A DNA stretch of 45,143 bases from a virus. The stretch lies in IMG/VR virus record IMGVR_UViG_3300038379_000312, positions 1 through 45,143 of that record; one strand, 5' to 3'. A program made the translations under genes and the position numbers. Positions within the stretch are counted from its first letter, which is position 1, and each line of letters opens with the position of its first letter. Shown in pieces: positions 45,052 to 45,143 of this stretch. A model generated the notes under the pieces. That model saw nothing but the letters and a program-made list of their open reading frames with translations. It did not search any database and had not been told where the DNA came from.

Positions 45052-45143
45052 GGCCGTCGACGGTAAGCCGGCCTACCCCCCCCCTGCAATTTTGCGCAAA
45101 AACGCGCGCGGTGGCTCGCGGTCTAGGGGCGAAACCGGGTAGA
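45052..45143. promoter_or_regulatory. Candidate cos/packaging region (continues into 1..88 on the circle)
   Basis: This ~180-nt non-coding gap lies between the HNH stop (89) and the terS start (45051). It contains a C9 tract (45076-45084), the perfect palindrome TTTTGCGCAAAA (45090-45101), the 23-nt terminal repeat and a C6 tract (31-36). Confidence 0.45.
45121..45143. repeat. Terminal direct repeat, copy 2 (identical to 1..23)
   Basis: Exact 23/23 match to the first 23 nt of the window. Confidence 0.9.

Noticed and set aside
45090-45101. The palindrome TTTTGCGCAAAA as a bidirectional intrinsic terminator.
   Set aside because: It is a 12-nt perfect palindrome with no loop. The stem is too short and AT-rich to be a stable hairpin. 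It is more plausibly a protein-binding site within the packaging region.

Overview
The window appears to be a complete, closed phage genome of about 45.12 kb; its first 23 nt are repeated exactly as its last 23 nt. It looks like a temperate, visibly high-GC, HK97-like siphovirus-type phage or excised prophage. Coding density is very high. Every gene is on the minus strand except a small plus-strand island (integrase, tRNA 3' fragment, two HTH genes). Many gene junctions are 4-nt ATGA/GTGA overlaps.

Minus-strand transcription order:
- Packaging and head: terS, terL, a small membrane protein, and a portal fused to a C39-like cysteine peptidase. A 7-gene block of unknown function follows. Then come an S49 prohead protease, an HK97-type capsid, connector, head closure, gp10-like and tail terminator.
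- Tail: major tail, G/GT chaperones with an A_AAA_AAC -1 frameshift site, and tape measure, followed by fibre, LamG and other distal-tail genes.
- Lysis cassette: a membrane-anchored cysteine-peptidase endolysin candidate, then an SNase-like nuclease.
- Promoter-led operon: ParB-like gene and a DUF4145/HEPN-like gene.
- Plus-strand island: int, attP, and the HTH pair.
- Early operon: a sigma region-4-like protein, a degenerate tRNA-Met(CAT), two tRNA-like fragments and a CsrA homologue.
- DNA-modification and recombination block: Dam-type methyltransferase, a short Xer-like recombinase, a second ParB-like gene, and a second fibre-like module with three glycine-rich repeats.
- Finally the HNH endonuclease next to the putative cos region.

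No polymerase, helicase or primase was recognised. The most unusual items are the CsrA plus tRNA-like cluster, the portal-C39 fusion, the block between portal and protease, the duplicated truncated-ORF/HTH module beside a Zn-ribbon-DUF4145 gene, and several start-codon-carrying tandem duplications. All homology calls come from motif recognition by eye; no searches were run.
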